From assembly GCA_026770705.1 (NCBI GenBank), contig JANJGN010000008.1, forward strand, positions 137,082,001 to 137,146,000: a stretch of DNA of 64,000 nucleotides, written 5' to 3'. The stretch comes from Isurus oxyrinchus (Eukaryota). The translations under genes and the position numbers were made by a program. Below are positions 40,043 through 52,789 of the stretch, one piece after another. Position 1 is the stretch's first letter; each line of letters starts with the position of its first letter. A model generated the notes under the pieces. The model was given only the letters and a program-made list of their open reading frames with translations, did not search any database and had not been told where the DNA came from.

Positions 40043-40630
40043 TTGGAGTTTAGAAGAATGAGAGGTGATCTCATTACATTATACAAAATTCTTACAGGGC
40101 TCGACAGGGTAGATGGAAGAAGGGTGTTTCCCCTGACTGCAGCATCTAGAACCAGGGAATACACTTTTGGAATAAAGCTAATACTCAGCCTTCGAGAGCA
40201 TCCCAAAATGGAGGCATCCTCTCTTTCCCCTTGCAGCCTCAGCAGTGGCCGCCTCTATTTGCACTGCCAAGGCTGCAAAACTGCCAGCCCTTGGATTGGG
40301 CTGGCATCTCGGAGACGCAGTCTGTGCTTCCTAATAGCACAACAGTCCCTGTGGTAGCTTCCTAATTGGATACCGCTGGTTAACCTCTTCAGACATGAGG
40401 AGGAACTTCTTCACCCAGAGGGTGGTGAATCTTTGGAATTCTCTGCCCCAAAGGGTTGTGAAAACTCAGTTGTTGAGTATGTTCATTTTAAAAACATTAA
40501 GGGCTATGTGGATAGTGCAGGAAGATGGTGTTGAAGTAGAAGATCAGCCATGATCTCAATGAATAGTGGAGTGGGATCGAAGAGCTGAATGGCCTTCTCC
40601 TGCTCCTATTTCTTATGTTCTTATGTTTCT
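40043..40630 (+). mobile_element. CR1 3' fragment interrupted by a MITE piece (about 40175-40380)
   Basis: EFRRMRGDLI..YKILTGLDRVD; resumes RRNFFTQRVVNLWNSLP; tail ttcttatgttcttatg. Confidence 0.8.
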
Positions 40631-40644
40631 AATGTATTTTTAAA

Positions 40645-40820
40645 AATTCATTCACCGGATGTGGGCTTCGCTAGCTGGGCCGGCATTTATTTCCCATCCC
40701 CAGTTGCCCTTGAGAAGATGGTAGTGAGCTGCCTTCTTGAACCGCTTCAGTCCATGCGGTGTAGGAACACCCACAGTGCTGTTAGGAAGGGATTTCCAGG
40801 ATTTTGAGCCTATCACATTG
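40645..40820 (-). mobile_element. 3' end of jockey/CR1-group LINE
   Basis: SWKSLPNSTVGVPTPHGLKRFKKAAH + tail. Confidence 0.8.
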
Positions 40821-41159
40821 ATTTCCTTGTGGTAGTGTGAATTATCAAAATATAACTCCAAGAGAGAATGCAAAATTCCATTTTGCCTTCTCTGGGAATC
40901 ATAACTTTGATCTGCTTTTTTAATTTCACAATGTCCACCAAACTGTCAACCAGATATTCATTCTCTAAGAGCTGCAGGTATGAAGTTGGCTGCTGTCATA
41001 AAGTGGACATTGTGATTTGCAGAACGACGATTGCTTTTGTCATCTTTATTTTAGCTTAGCATTAGGAAGCCGTTTACCACATCACAGCTCGTTTTCTCTT
41101 CTGGAAAAAAGCATGGATAACAAAACTAAAGTTAACAAAAAAAACACTGCACGGCAGTT

Positions 41160-41275
41160 TTCAGAAATCTGAAATAATACCAGAAAATTCTGGAAACACT
41201 TAGCACTCAGTTAGCATCTGTGGAGAGAACAGACAAGCTAATATTTCAGGTGTGTGACATTCATTAGAAAGGGAC
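41160..41275 (-). mobile_element. Old short Penelope-type tail element
   Basis: aaatctgaaataat..cagaaaattctggaaacacttagc...gcatctgtggagagaa. Confidence 0.6.
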
Positions 41276-41561
41276 CAGATTATAGATGACGAGTTGATTA
41301 AAAAAAAAGGGTGTAGAGAATTAAGAAGGAAAAACCCTCTTACCCCCAACCAGCCCCCAGCCCCCATCCACCATCTCGTACACATACACAAAAGTGAGAA
41401 TATGTGGAATGAAGTGTGAACTGCTTAAACGGAAGATAGGAGATGTTTAAATGGCTGAAATAACATGAACATGTGATAACAGGAGGCATACTGAGATAAA
41501 TTAAAAACATTTATGTTCTTTGTATCTCATTGATAACATAACATTTTCTCTGCCAAGTTGA

Positions 41562-43600
41562 TAAGAACATAAGAAATAGGAGCAGGAGTAGGCCATTCAG
41601 CCCCTCAAGCCTGCCCTGCCATTCAATGAGATTATGGCTGATCTGTCCCAGGCTTCAACTCCTCTTTCATGCCAGCTCAGCCCTCAACTCCCCGATATTT
41701 CAAAAATATATCTACCTCCTCTTTAAATACTTTCAGTGATCTAGCCTCCACAACTCTCTGAGGTAAAAAATTCCAGACATTCACTACCCTCTGAGAGAAG
41801 AAATTTCTTTGAATCTCAGTTTTAAATGAGTGTCCCCTTATTCTGTAACTATGTCTCCTGGTTTGAGATTCCCCCACTAGTGGAAACATCTTCCCAACAT
41901 TTACCCTGTCAAGCCCCCTCAGAACCTTGTACATTTCAAAAAACTCTTCACCCCTCATTCTTCTAAGCTCTAATGAATAAAGGCCTAACCTGTTTAGCTG
42001 TTCTTGATAAGTCAACTCCTTCATCTGAGGAATCAGTCCAGTGAATCTCTGCCTCCAATGGTGGTATATCCTTTCTTAAATATCGGGACCAAAACTGTAC
42101 ACAGTACTCGAGGTGCGGCCTCACCAATACTCTGTACATTTGTAACAAGGCTTCCCTATTTTTAAATACTAATGCCCTACTAATACAAGCCAAAATTCCA
42201 TTTGCCATCTTAATTACTTGCTGCACTTGTATACTAACTTTTTAAGTTTCATGCACAAGAACACCCAGATCCCTCTGTGCTGCACTTTTTTGGAATCTCT
42301 CTCCATTTGAATTATAGTCTGCCTTTTGATTCTTCCTACCAAATTGCTTGACCTCACACATTCCCACATTAAACTTCATCTGCCAAGTTTTTGCCCACTC
42401 ACTCAACCTATCTATATCCCCATACAGATTCCTTATGCCCTCATCACAACATGCCCTCCCACCTATTTTTGTATCATTAGCAAATTGGGATACATTACAC
42501 TCTGCCCCCTCCTCCAAGTCATCAATATAGACAGTAAATAATTGAGGCCCTAGGACTGATTCTTGTGGCACTATTACTAGTTACGTCTTTCCAACCTGAA
42601 AAAGACCCATTAATCCTAGTCTTGGTCACCCTGCAACTACGTCTCTGTAGTAGCTATCAAGCCATATTCATTTATTTCTGTTTGTGCCATCAACTCCTTT
42701 ATTTTATTACAAATGCTGCGTGCATTCAGATAAAGAGCCTTAAGCTTTGACTTTTTACCATTATTACTCATTCTAATTCTGATTTCTTCTACACTCTTCT
42801 TTTTTTTCTGCCCTTTCCTGTCACACTTTGATTATCGTTCGCCTCTTCACTACACTGCACCTCTACTCTCTCGTTTTATTCCCCTAACTATGCTATCTCC
42901 TATTACTACTACATTTCTCTTTTCTCCCCCCACTTGAATGGCACGGTGTTGTGGTCAATTTGCTTATCCTCCCTGCAGTCTCTACCCTTGTCTATACCGG
43001 GAGCAAGAACCTCGTACCTATTGGACAAGGGCAATGGCTGAGGCTCCTCCAAAGCTAAATTCTGGAACCCCATATCTGCCTCACTCACAGTAACACCCTC
43101 CTGCCCTTGACCACGGTCCAAGTTTGAAGTAATTAATCTAAGGGGAGTGACTGTCTCCTGAAACACAACATCCAGGTAACTCTCCCCATCCCTGGTGTGT
43201 CGCAGTGTCCACAGCTCGGACTGCCCATCAACTCTGAGCTGAATTGCCTTGAGCAATCAAACTTGTTGCAGATGTGGTCACAGTGGATCACAATTGCGTC
43301 CACCTACCCCACATACTACAGCTGCAACGCATCACCTGCCCAGCCATCTCTATTCTGTTTAATTAATTAATTTGGATGTTAAATATTTTAAAAGTGAATT
43401 TCTTAACTGTACTCTTCATTTGTAATAATGTCTCCTGATTTAAACCACTTGGCCAATCAAAAGAGACACGGAAGAGATACTCACCAATCACCTACCTGTT
43501 TTCCTTTGACGTCCCACTTTGACTCTGACAGGTAGAAACAGGTTGAAGGGGCTCTCCGCCGCTGGTTTTTATCTCTCGCTGCCACTGCCCTTCTCACTCA
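41562..43600 (-). mobile_element. CR1 LINE with two large internal deletions
   Basis: ORF1 N-terminus (LSNRYEVL, 42909..43256); APE start LYLNARS at about 42700-42745; jumps to RT PQESVLGP at about 42600; 3' tail at 41562. Confidence 0.85.
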
Positions 43601-43604
43601 GGTC

Positions 43605-43830
43605 AGCTCTCCTTATGGGCTCTCTCTCATCAAACTCTCACTGCTTTATAGGCTCTCTCTCTTCAAACTTTGTGCTGCTTTATGGGCTCTCTCTCTGAAC
43701 TCCATGCTGCTTTACAGGCTCTCTCTGTCCAAACTCTGTGCAGCTTTATGGGCTCTCTCTCTCCGAACTCAACGCTGCTTTACGGGCTCTCTCTCTCTGA
43801 ACTCTGCGCTGCTTTATGGGCTCTCTTTCA
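43605..43830. repeat. Minisatellite, about 7 copies of a ~33-bp unit
   Basis: gctgctttatgggctctctctct(c)cgaactc.. repeated head-to-tail. Confidence 0.9.
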
Positions 43831-44842
43831 TGCTTTAGAATATAAAAATGCAAGCTGAAGGAGTCGGGTGAGGAGGGGCTAGTTGTCCTGATCATCACAG
43901 TACCTTCAAGAAAGGATTCACAGAAACCCTGGGAAAGAAAAAACAGCATTTTTGTCCTGTCTCCAAGGTGTCCATGAATCTCCTGACAGAGCTACTGTAG
44001 ACGATTGGGAGAACCCCTGTAGAAACTCAACACCATATTGCTTTGTTTCAGCCATCAATACTAGGTAACACCCTCATGTGATATCAGAGAACTGATCATG
44101 ATATGTTGAATCTTTTATCAAGAACAGGCCAAGCTTTAAGATCAGGTTGTCTGTATTGAGCAAAACCTGAGCAATATTGAATTGCATTGAAATATTTCAA
44201 TTCGTATCACTGAATTGTTTCAGCATAAAAAGAGGCCATTCAGCCCATCATATCTATGATTAGGTGCTCAAACAAATTTGTTCATTCTTCACAACATTTG
44301 ATCCATGTACTACATCTAAGAATATCCGATTCTGTACACCACGTGCAAGTAAAGATCTATCATCTTCCACCTTAATTAGCATGAGTGCACAAAATATTTA
44401 TCTTAGTGTATTTGTAGGTATGGTATAGTCACCAGTAAATAATTTAATAGATCTTTATATACTTGATATTTAATATACCTTATCGATTTTTACAGATTGC
44501 CTGTGGTGTTGATCACAGGTGGTGTGAAGTCTGGAGCACAGCGAAGATATTTAGTGGTTAAGTAAAGTTGTGTTTTATCTTTCCCTGTCTGTTTGAGGTC
44601 AATTACTAATGCGGAGAAATGGCCTATGTAGGAAAATCCAGGTAATTTTAATTGCTTGTAAACTGCTGAGGTTAATTAGTGATTAACTATAGTAGCTTGT
44701 AAATGTCTGGCTTCTAATCATCTGGAGTGACGAGCTTGCCAAAGTTAGAAAAATGAGATATAATTGGTTGCCTTCGATTCTCTTTTCCCTTTAAGCTTTT
44801 GACTCAAAATATGTCAGATGCAATTAAGCTCTATATAAATAA

Positions 44843-44900
44843 GGGTGGTGGGTGGGGGTGCCAGTGGGGGTGGGGAGTGGGGGTCGGGGGTGGGGGGGGG
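44843..44900 (+). other. G-run cluster (G-quadruplex-competent)
   Basis: About eight runs of three or more G within 60 nt. Confidence 0.6.
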
Positions 44901-45689
44901 TTGCGGAGGCTGCTCAAATGTCTGGCAAACAAGCATAAGATGCCATTTTTAGTGGTTAGTTATTGCAGTGGGCAGTAATTGGATAAAGGGACGAAGAATA
45001 GGTTAGTGTTCCTGCTCCTGATCGCAACTCCACTAGAAGTGTACAACAGACATCAGTTGAGACACGATCATTCTTGGCCAGGATGCTCCAGGGATTGAGC
45101 AGTTTAACAGCGCTCAATGCCTAGAATCACACGTGAATAATGATTGCTTGGATATGTATCAGTGCACAAGTAGTACTCAAGAAACCATATTCAAGCAAGA
45201 ACTCTCTGTCTTTGAGAAGAGAACAAGGAATAAAGGTACAGAGGATGGAAGAGAGAAATTAATGATCTAAATATTAACAATTTGAAGGAAAAAGCAAATA
45301 TTATCTATATCAACGTGTGTTTCACCAGAAATATATTTATTTGTAATGTGACATCTTCTCAGTCAAACATTTTCATTATTATTTTTCAAACCGCAGTGTA
45401 TTTATATATTTTGTTTGCATTCTTATTGAGACATTCTTGCTGGTCTTAATTGTAAATAATTTTCTGACTAATTTGGATTGTGAAAATAAAGGGAGAAAGT
45501 TATTTACATACCATCTTTCACAATCTCTTGATACTGCAAAACCTTCACACTGGACAAAAATAATGACATTTTACATTAATCTGTTCTTTTCTAATATGAC
45601 TCCTATTTGTGATATTTGAATTTTAAATATTTGAATTGAACGAGTTTTATCAATTATTAGCTGATACGAACCATCTTCTGAAAAGTTTT

Positions 45690-45970
45690 TTTTTTATTCA
45701 TTTACAGGGTGTGGACATTGCTGGCTAGGCCAGCATTTATTGTCCATCCCTAGTTGCCCTTGAGAAGATGGTGGTGAACTGCCTTCCTGAACCCCTGCAG
45801 TCTATGTGGTGTAAGTACATCCACAGTGCCATTAGGGAGGGAGTTCCAGGATTTTGACCCAGCGACAGTGAAGGATCGGTGATATATTTCCAAGTCAGGA
45901 TGGTAAGTGGCTTGAAGGGGAACTTACAGGTGGTGGTGTTCCCATCTATCTGCTGCCCTTGTCCTTCTCA
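45690..45970 (-). mobile_element. 3' end of jockey/CR1-group LINE
   Basis: Same tail as 40645, 20045 and 16690. Confidence 0.8.
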
Positions 45971-45974
45971 TTAA

Positions 45975-47050
45975 AGGTGTCTGGTTAAACCTTAAAAAGA
46001 AACTTTAAAAATAAGTTTCCAAAGATGAAATCCAGAGAACCTGGGAAAGTGATATTAAACAAAGCCACAAGATGGAGGGACTCAGGCATTGGAAAAATAT
46101 AGGGAAGTTTTACAGAAACCTACATAGCATGTTGGTGCATCCCCTTAAATGACTGGAATAGAAGCTATTGTCCCTTTACTAAAGAATAGGCGTGTTGTTG
46201 CAAATGTCCACAATAAAGTCTTTTTTTGGAAAAATATAAAATGTTATTAAACCATTTCTAAAGAGACAAAGAAATAGACAGAATTCCTTGTCAAGGAGCT
46301 CCACTGACCACATTCTCATTCCATATTAATTGACTAAGAAAGCAACCAATCGACATCTCCCTTTATGTATCACCTTTCTCTTTTCAAATAGGTTTCTGAT
46401 TTTATTCATGGAGCCAAATTGTTTTTTAACTGAAAACAATCCTCATGATCTCCAGAAACTATTTCATGCAATCAGAACTCTGCACTGGTTCAAGCAGGTT
46501 TATCCTTAAGGACAGCCATCTTATTGAAAAGTTCAGAGTTACAGCTTTCTTCAATGAGACATTTTTGTTCCATTCCTCCATCAGCTGTATCTTGTGGAAG
46601 GTTATTTGACAAAGCTATGATAAACTTCAGAGCCAAAAAAAAGTCGGGGAGGCATCTTGCAAACACTTTTAATGGCCTCATCTTTGATGATGTTGCTTCC
46701 CTTAAAAATAGTCCAGATGGAGTACAAGAACAACTCATAAAGTTCGCTGACACCACCATTGACATTGGGCTGGCATTAAACCTAGAGAAAGTTAAACATA
46801 TGCCTCATGCATCAAAGACTTGACACTTAGTAATGAAATAGTAAAGAAAGCTGATGACTTCATGTACTGCAGTTGACAGATGTCAGAAACTCAACTGCAG
46901 CATAAATATGTGCAAGTTCCTTGCTTACACTTTATCCTGAAAGTTTGGAAACATTTGAAAAGCAAAAGCTGAATTTTCATTGCAGCCCTAGGTTTACAAA
47001 TAGTCTGCAATTCTGAGAATTGGATTGCTAAGCATAACTCAGATTTCAAC
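45975..47050 (+). mobile_element. Ancient RTE-like reverse transcriptase relic
   Basis: LIFDDVASL...QEQL......IGLALNLEKVKHM followed by NEIVKKADDFMY, resembling RTE FADD...GL.IN..KT.M / FKYLG. Confidence 0.6.
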
Positions 47051-47108
47051 TGAATCACACAAATTCCTCCTGTTAAAACAGAAAATGCAAGTTCCAAATC
47101 ACTCTATT

Positions 47109-47788
47109 TGGCTGAATTTTACATCCCTTGGGCAGGCGCGTGCCCAACCTGAGCGGGCGTAAAATTGCGTGAGATTATGTTGGGCGAGCGTTCTGACGTC
47201 ATTGTGCACTCACGCGATACTTCACTCAGTGGACATGCGCAAAAGTCGGAAGAGCGCCTGCCGACAATTAAGCGGGCAATTTAACTCATTGATGGCCCAA
47301 TTGTCAACGATTTTTTAGTGGCTCGTCCAACCTGACAGTTGGCGGACGGGCCAATCGGCCAGGCAGGCTTTACATTTTTAATGAAACCTCATCCAAGGGC
47401 CGGATGAAATCTCCGTTAGGTTTTAAACTAAAAAGAAATGTCTGGGGACTTTTTTTTAATGAGTTATGCTTTCAGGTGCTTGATTGTGCTGCATGGATAT
47501 TTTTTTACAGCATTTTTGTGCTTTCTTTTCTTATTTGCAGGTCTGCAGTTCGCTGAGGCATCTGCTTGTCTTCAGGGAGCTCAGTGGAAGTGCTCACCAG
47601 CATCCGCAGTGACCTCGGCGCCTGCCCTCTTCCCACCCCCACCGGCAGTGCTGAGCCTTTCTCAGCACGTGTTTCACACTGGCTGGCCATTAATTGGCCA
47701 GCCAGCATGAAATCACGGTTTGGGGATGGTTTCCCCTCCACTCCGGGCCTGCTGATCGAGCATGCCCGACGAATGCAAAATTCAGGCC
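47109..47788. mobile_element. Harbinger-type MITE
   Basis: TIRs ggctgaatttt / aaaattcaggcc; CpG-rich; same family as 12262-12897. Confidence 0.85.
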
Positions 47789-47924
47789 TATATGTAGTAT
47801 TTTATTTTACTTATCAGCATTCAGTAACTGGCCTTTTGTTTCCTTTAATCATACTGAAATTATCTTCCCTCTTAGTCAAAATTCATATACTTTATTGTAA
47901 GGGCATCAGCCCATTGACGTATTT

Positions 47925-48790
47925 TTTTATTATTCATTCATGGGATATCAGCATCCTGGCAAGGTCAGCATTTATTGTCCACCCCTAATTGCCCTCAAGA
48001 AAGAGATGCTGATCCACCTTCTTGAACCGCTACAGTCTATCTACTGAAGGTACACTCACAGTGCTGTTATCGAGGGATTTCCAGGTTTTTGACCCATCGA
48101 TGATGAAGAAGTGGCAATATATTTCCAAGTAAGGACGTTGTGTGACTTGGAGGGGAACTTGGAGGCAATGGAACTCCCATGTGTTTGCGGTTCTTATCCT
48201 TCTGGGTGGCAGAGGTCTTGTGCTTAGGAGGGGCTGTCAAAGAAACCTGAGTGAGTTGGTGCAGTAAATCTTGTAGACAATGCACACTGCAGTCTGTGCT
48301 GGAGTAAGTGAATATTTAATCTGGTGCTGATCAAGTGGGTTACTTTGTCCTAGATGTTGTTGAACTTTTTGAGTGTTGTTAGAGCTGCACTCACCAGGCA
48401 AGTGGAGAGTATTCCATCACACACCTTTATTATAGATGATTGACAGCCAAGGGGGAATCAGGAGGTGATTCAATCACCAGAGACTACCTCAGACATACTC
48501 TTGTAGCCATGGTATTTATGTGGCCAGTCCAGTAACATTTCTGGTCAATGATGACCTTCCAGGATGTTGATGATAGAGGAGTCGGTGATGGTAATATCTT
48601 TGAATGTCAAAGGGAGCTGATTAACTTTCCTCTTGCTGGAGATGGGCATTGCTTGGCACTTGTGTGCTGCAAATTTTACTTACCACTTTATCATTACCAA
48701 GCCTGAATGATGTTGAGATTTTATTGCATGGAAGCGCAGACCACTTCATTATCTGAGCAGTTGCGAACATAACTGAACATCGGGTAATTT
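47925..48790 (-). mobile_element. 5'-truncated jockey/CR1-group LINE
   Basis: Tail ttattcattcatgggat... and RT C-terminal region colinear with 20045-20900. Confidence 0.8.
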
Positions 48791-48939
48791 GATGGAGAGC
48801 AGTTTGGACATAACTTGATCTTGGTATAAGTGGATGGGTATGAAGCAAGGAGAAGAATAGCATCCCTTTTAAGCTGAGTTCAGTAAACAAAGATAAACTG
48901 AAACATATAAGTTTCTGAGGGGGTTTGACAGGGTAGATG

Positions 48940-49814
48940 CTGAAATAAAAACAGAATGTAATGGAAATTCTCAGCAGTTCTGGCAGCATCCATGGGGAGA
49001 GAAACAGAGGCCTGAATTTTCCCGTCGGCGATTTGGGGGCGGGGCCCACTCACCGATGGGAAAATAGCGTGGGCTGACGTCAGGAGGAACCCCCGACGTC
49101 ATCCCGGTCCCTTTAAACTTTTAGTAAGGTGGGCGGACAGGCTAATTAAGATAATTAAAGACCTGCCCGTCCAACCTTAAGGTTAGCGGGCAGGCCAGGA
49201 GCCCCAGCGGGCTTCTGATAAAGCATGAAACCTCATTCACTGGCGGGATGAGGTTTCATGTTGTCCATTTTTAAAAAGTCTAATAAAGTTTATGTCATTT
49301 TTATTAACATGTCCCATCTGGTGTGACATTGTCACATGAGGGGGACATGTTAATAATTTTTCTATCTTTTGACTTTTCTTACCTGTCACTAATCTCCCTG
49401 AGACAGGACTTTGCCTCAGGGAGCAATGCGCTCTTTCGCATACGTGCGTGAAAGAGCGCACTTTGACAGACGCGGAATCCCCCCTCCCCCCCCCCACCCC
49501 CTGCACAGGAATTGCTTAGTGCTTCCTATCGGGCAGGCTGCTGGGCGGGCCTTAATTGGTCCGCCCACTCAAAATGACGACGGGCCCCGTTTCGGAGGTG
49601 AGGGTCGGCTGTCCGCCCACCGCCGAGCCAGCGGGGCCCGCCTGCCCATTGAGGGCAAAATTCTGCCCAGAGTTTCAAGTTGAATATGACTCTTCTTCAG
49701 AGAAGAATTCCTTTGAAGAAGAGTCAAATGTGATCTGAAATGTTATGTCTTTCTTTCTCCACAGATGCTGCTGGACCTGCTGATTATTTCCAGCACTTTG
49801 TGTTTTTATTTCAG
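48940..49814. mobile_element. Inverted dimer of the short hammerhead-bearing element, split by a MITE
   Basis: Ends ctgaaataaaaaca / tgtttttatttcag; centre gactcttcttcaga...tttgaagaagagtc. Confidence 0.8.
49009..49668. mobile_element. Young Harbinger-type MITE
   Basis: TIRs ggcctgaatttt / aaaattctgccc; exact TSD aga; CpG-rich; internal hairpins. Confidence 0.9.
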
Positions 49815-50696
49815 TGAAACTGACAGTGATATTCTCTAAGATTTGCTAGCTCATTTGAGATTAGAAAATTTGTTTAGTGATGTGGTCAGTACAGTTAATT
49901 AGAATCATAATCAATTGTAAAGAATTTTTAAACTACTTTAGTTTGAAACATGAGATAACTGAGTTTGCTACTCACTCAGTTTACAGTTCAGCTTGAACAG
50001 TAATGAATTTTGGATCATATTTCAGCATGCATCTTTGGAGGTCCATCTTGATATCCTGGCCAAGTGGATCGCTTTGTCCTAGATGTTGTTGAGCTTTTTT
50101 GAGTGTTGTTGGAGCTGGAATCAATCTTGTATTCCTCAAAATCTCATCAACCAGACATTATGAGACATTATCATAATTCTTACTTCTTCAATGACAATGC
50201 TGTGTGTCATTGGCAGGTTTGGTGGTTTGCGCTTAGGAAGTTAGAAAATATGAGATAATATGGGGGCAAGATGCATGTAGTTTGCCTCTTACCATCCTGG
50301 TAGTCATATGATGCTATTATGATGGAGCTGTTGACTAATCATAGCAATCAATAGGTATCTGTTAGTCTGCAATAGACCTAAACATGCTATACTTAATCAC
50401 ATTTCATGTCTCAAATTACTCAAAATATTATTTTCTCTGAGATCTGAACATTGATGTCAAAGATATTGAATTAGACACTCAGTGGAGAATGTTAATCTCC
50501 AAGCAAGAATGGGTTGGGGTCAGTTGGAGAGGAAAAATAGCACAAATGGCAAGCATGACCTCAACCCTCCTCCAGCTTACCCATTCCTTGCATGTGGAGG
50601 TGGTTTTGGCTATGTGTAAGTAATTTGCTCATTGTAGGTGGCGTGATCATTAGGACAAGTGCAATAATCATTACAGAAGTAAAATATGGGCACTCA

Positions 50697-50890
50697 AAAT
50701 CTGAAATAAAAACAGAAAATACTGGAAATACCCAGCAGGCCAAGCAACATCTGTGGAGATAGGTAAACAGATATTACATTTCAGTTCTATGATTGATGGA
50801 AGGTCATCATTCTGTTGTCTGATGCAAGGGGATCAACCTAAAACATTAACTCTGGTTCTGTCTCCACAGATGCTGCCTGACCTACTGATT
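50697..50890. mobile_element. Older inverted dimer of the short Penelope-type element
   Basis: catctgtggaga (about 50748) mirrored by tctccacagatg (about 50861). Confidence 0.7.
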
Positions 50891-51177
50891 GATAATTATG
50901 AAAGGTATTGTGATCACTGGAACATGACAATGAAGTAATTTTCAAATGATTTGAACAGGGTTTTGAATGTAACAACTCCAGCATGGGACTCCTTGGGCTT
51001 GGGAAACTCACCAGTAAAATGGAGGTACAATTAATTGACATTCCATGGAGGTGTTTAAAGCTCAGATGTCATTAAACGCTCAGTGCTTACAACGGATTTG
51101 CTAGTTCCCTCTGGCAAACGTTTTGCAGTGAATTCTTGTGAATAAAGAAGTTTGGAGGCTTTTAAATGGACATCAAG

Positions 51178-52460
51178 ATGGGGATGCCTTGAAAGTTTTT
51201 TTTAGGATATCAGATGAGGCATTTAAACAACATCTGCGGCAGTGACATTGTGCTGTGGCTGGATCTGCGGGTTCACAAGGGAGAGGTGCACAATGCAGAT
51301 CTGGAGAACAGGATAGAGGGGAAAAGCAGAGAACAGAACAAAGTGAAGAGCACAAGGAAGCACAACAGAAGGGACTATAACAGGGGGGTGAGCTACATGG
51401 AAAAAGAAACAGTGGCGAACAGCAGAAAGGGGAACAACAGAGGGGCTGAAATGACAGGAAGCATAATTTATGTTAGAGGATCTACAGAGGAAGACACAAA
51501 TACCTTGACCAATCTGAAGAGCAGTGCTTCCGCAGCTAAGATTGACAATTGGTTGCAGACATCAGCTGCAACCTTCAAGAAGAGCTGCTCCCTACTGGGC
51601 CTGGTGGTTACATATTGTTCATGGTCCTGAAAGTCACTACGGCCCTTAATTATTTGCTTCTGGCTCCTTCCAGTGCATCTCCAGGGACACCCAAAGCTTA
51701 GTTGAGTGCACATAAATGTATAAGGCAGGTTACAATTGGGTTCTTTGTCAGGGAAATGACTTATACTACTTTTGCAATGAATGACAATAGCTAAATTAAG
51801 TGTGCACTCAAATTTGCTTCCCAGCTGGCTTTCCACAGGGTGCCATTGATCACACTCTTATGGTAATAGGAGGTCCACCAGATCAACCTGGAGCTTTTAT
51901 CAGCCGCAAAGGATTTTAGTCTATCAATGTACAGGTGTCATGTAATCACAAAAAGAGGATCACAATGTGTGTGCCAGATTTGCTGGGATCTGTCATGATG
52001 CTTTGATACTGTGGCTGTCCAATGTTTTAAACCTCATCCAATAAAAAAGGATTAAGGGCTGGCACATAAGAAACAAGGGATAACTCCTTCATATTTGACT
52101 CATGACACTTGTGCGGAATCCCACCAGTGAGACACAAGGAGGCACATGACCATCAAATATGGCATCGAGCAAGCCATTAGAAAGTTGAGTTTTGGGTACC
52201 TATACGAGTCCGGAGGTGCCCTTCAGTAGTGATCAACAGGGATGTCCAGAATAATAATGATTTGCTGAGTCTTGCACAGCATTGCACAACAGAGACAGTT
52301 CCAGGCAATGAATGACCAAGGTGCTCACTAAGCATCTGCGAATGAGAATGTCGCAGAAGACAAACAGGAGGATGAAGATGAATAGCATTATGAAGATCCA
52401 TCACCAGACCAGTGGTGTACATTGCTGCCTGGGATGCCAGCTGTAGTCCTAATAGCTGAA
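51178..52460 (+). pseudogene. PIF/Harbinger DDE transposase relic (HARBI1-like family), copy 1
   Basis: LKVTTALNY.ASGSFQ, GAIDHT, RKGF*SINVQV, HDA, IEQAI, GGALQ, LHSIA. Confidence 0.88.
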
Positions 52461-52789
52461 AGGTTCAGCTAGTGGGGATTCACAGTGGAAAATATATAAA
52501 ATGAAATCCTCTACCCCACTCCTACTGCCAGCACCACAGCTCTTCTCCAACCACCACCATCACCCTGACTGCTCCCTTTGCACAAAGCAGTCCTACAGCC
52601 ATATATCTACTCACTAGGTCTTGTTATATATTGACATTCATCATGAAACAAGTGAAAGGGAGAGTTGGCACTCAGGATGCAACAGTGGGCCAGACATGGG
52701 AGTGGAGCTAATCAATAAATTTTATGTGCTGTTATAAATAAAATAAACTTAACATATCACTTTGTCAAACACTACTTTTAGTGAATTAC

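Noticed and set aside
40820-41105. Minus-strand exon after a strong acceptor at about 41101
   Set aside because: All three frames close within about 50 nt and no clear donor
43605-43830. CRISPR-like array
   Set aside because: Units are contiguous degenerate copies with no unique spacers; no cas genes; vertebrate context
48940-49814. DNA transposon with 14-bp TIRs
   Set aside because: The ends are the tails of two inverted copies of the hammerhead-bearing retro-element, which also occurs singly with long TSDs
51178-52460. Domesticated HARBI1 gene
   Set aside because: Multiple stops and frameshifts, and a second decayed copy nearby; transposon relic
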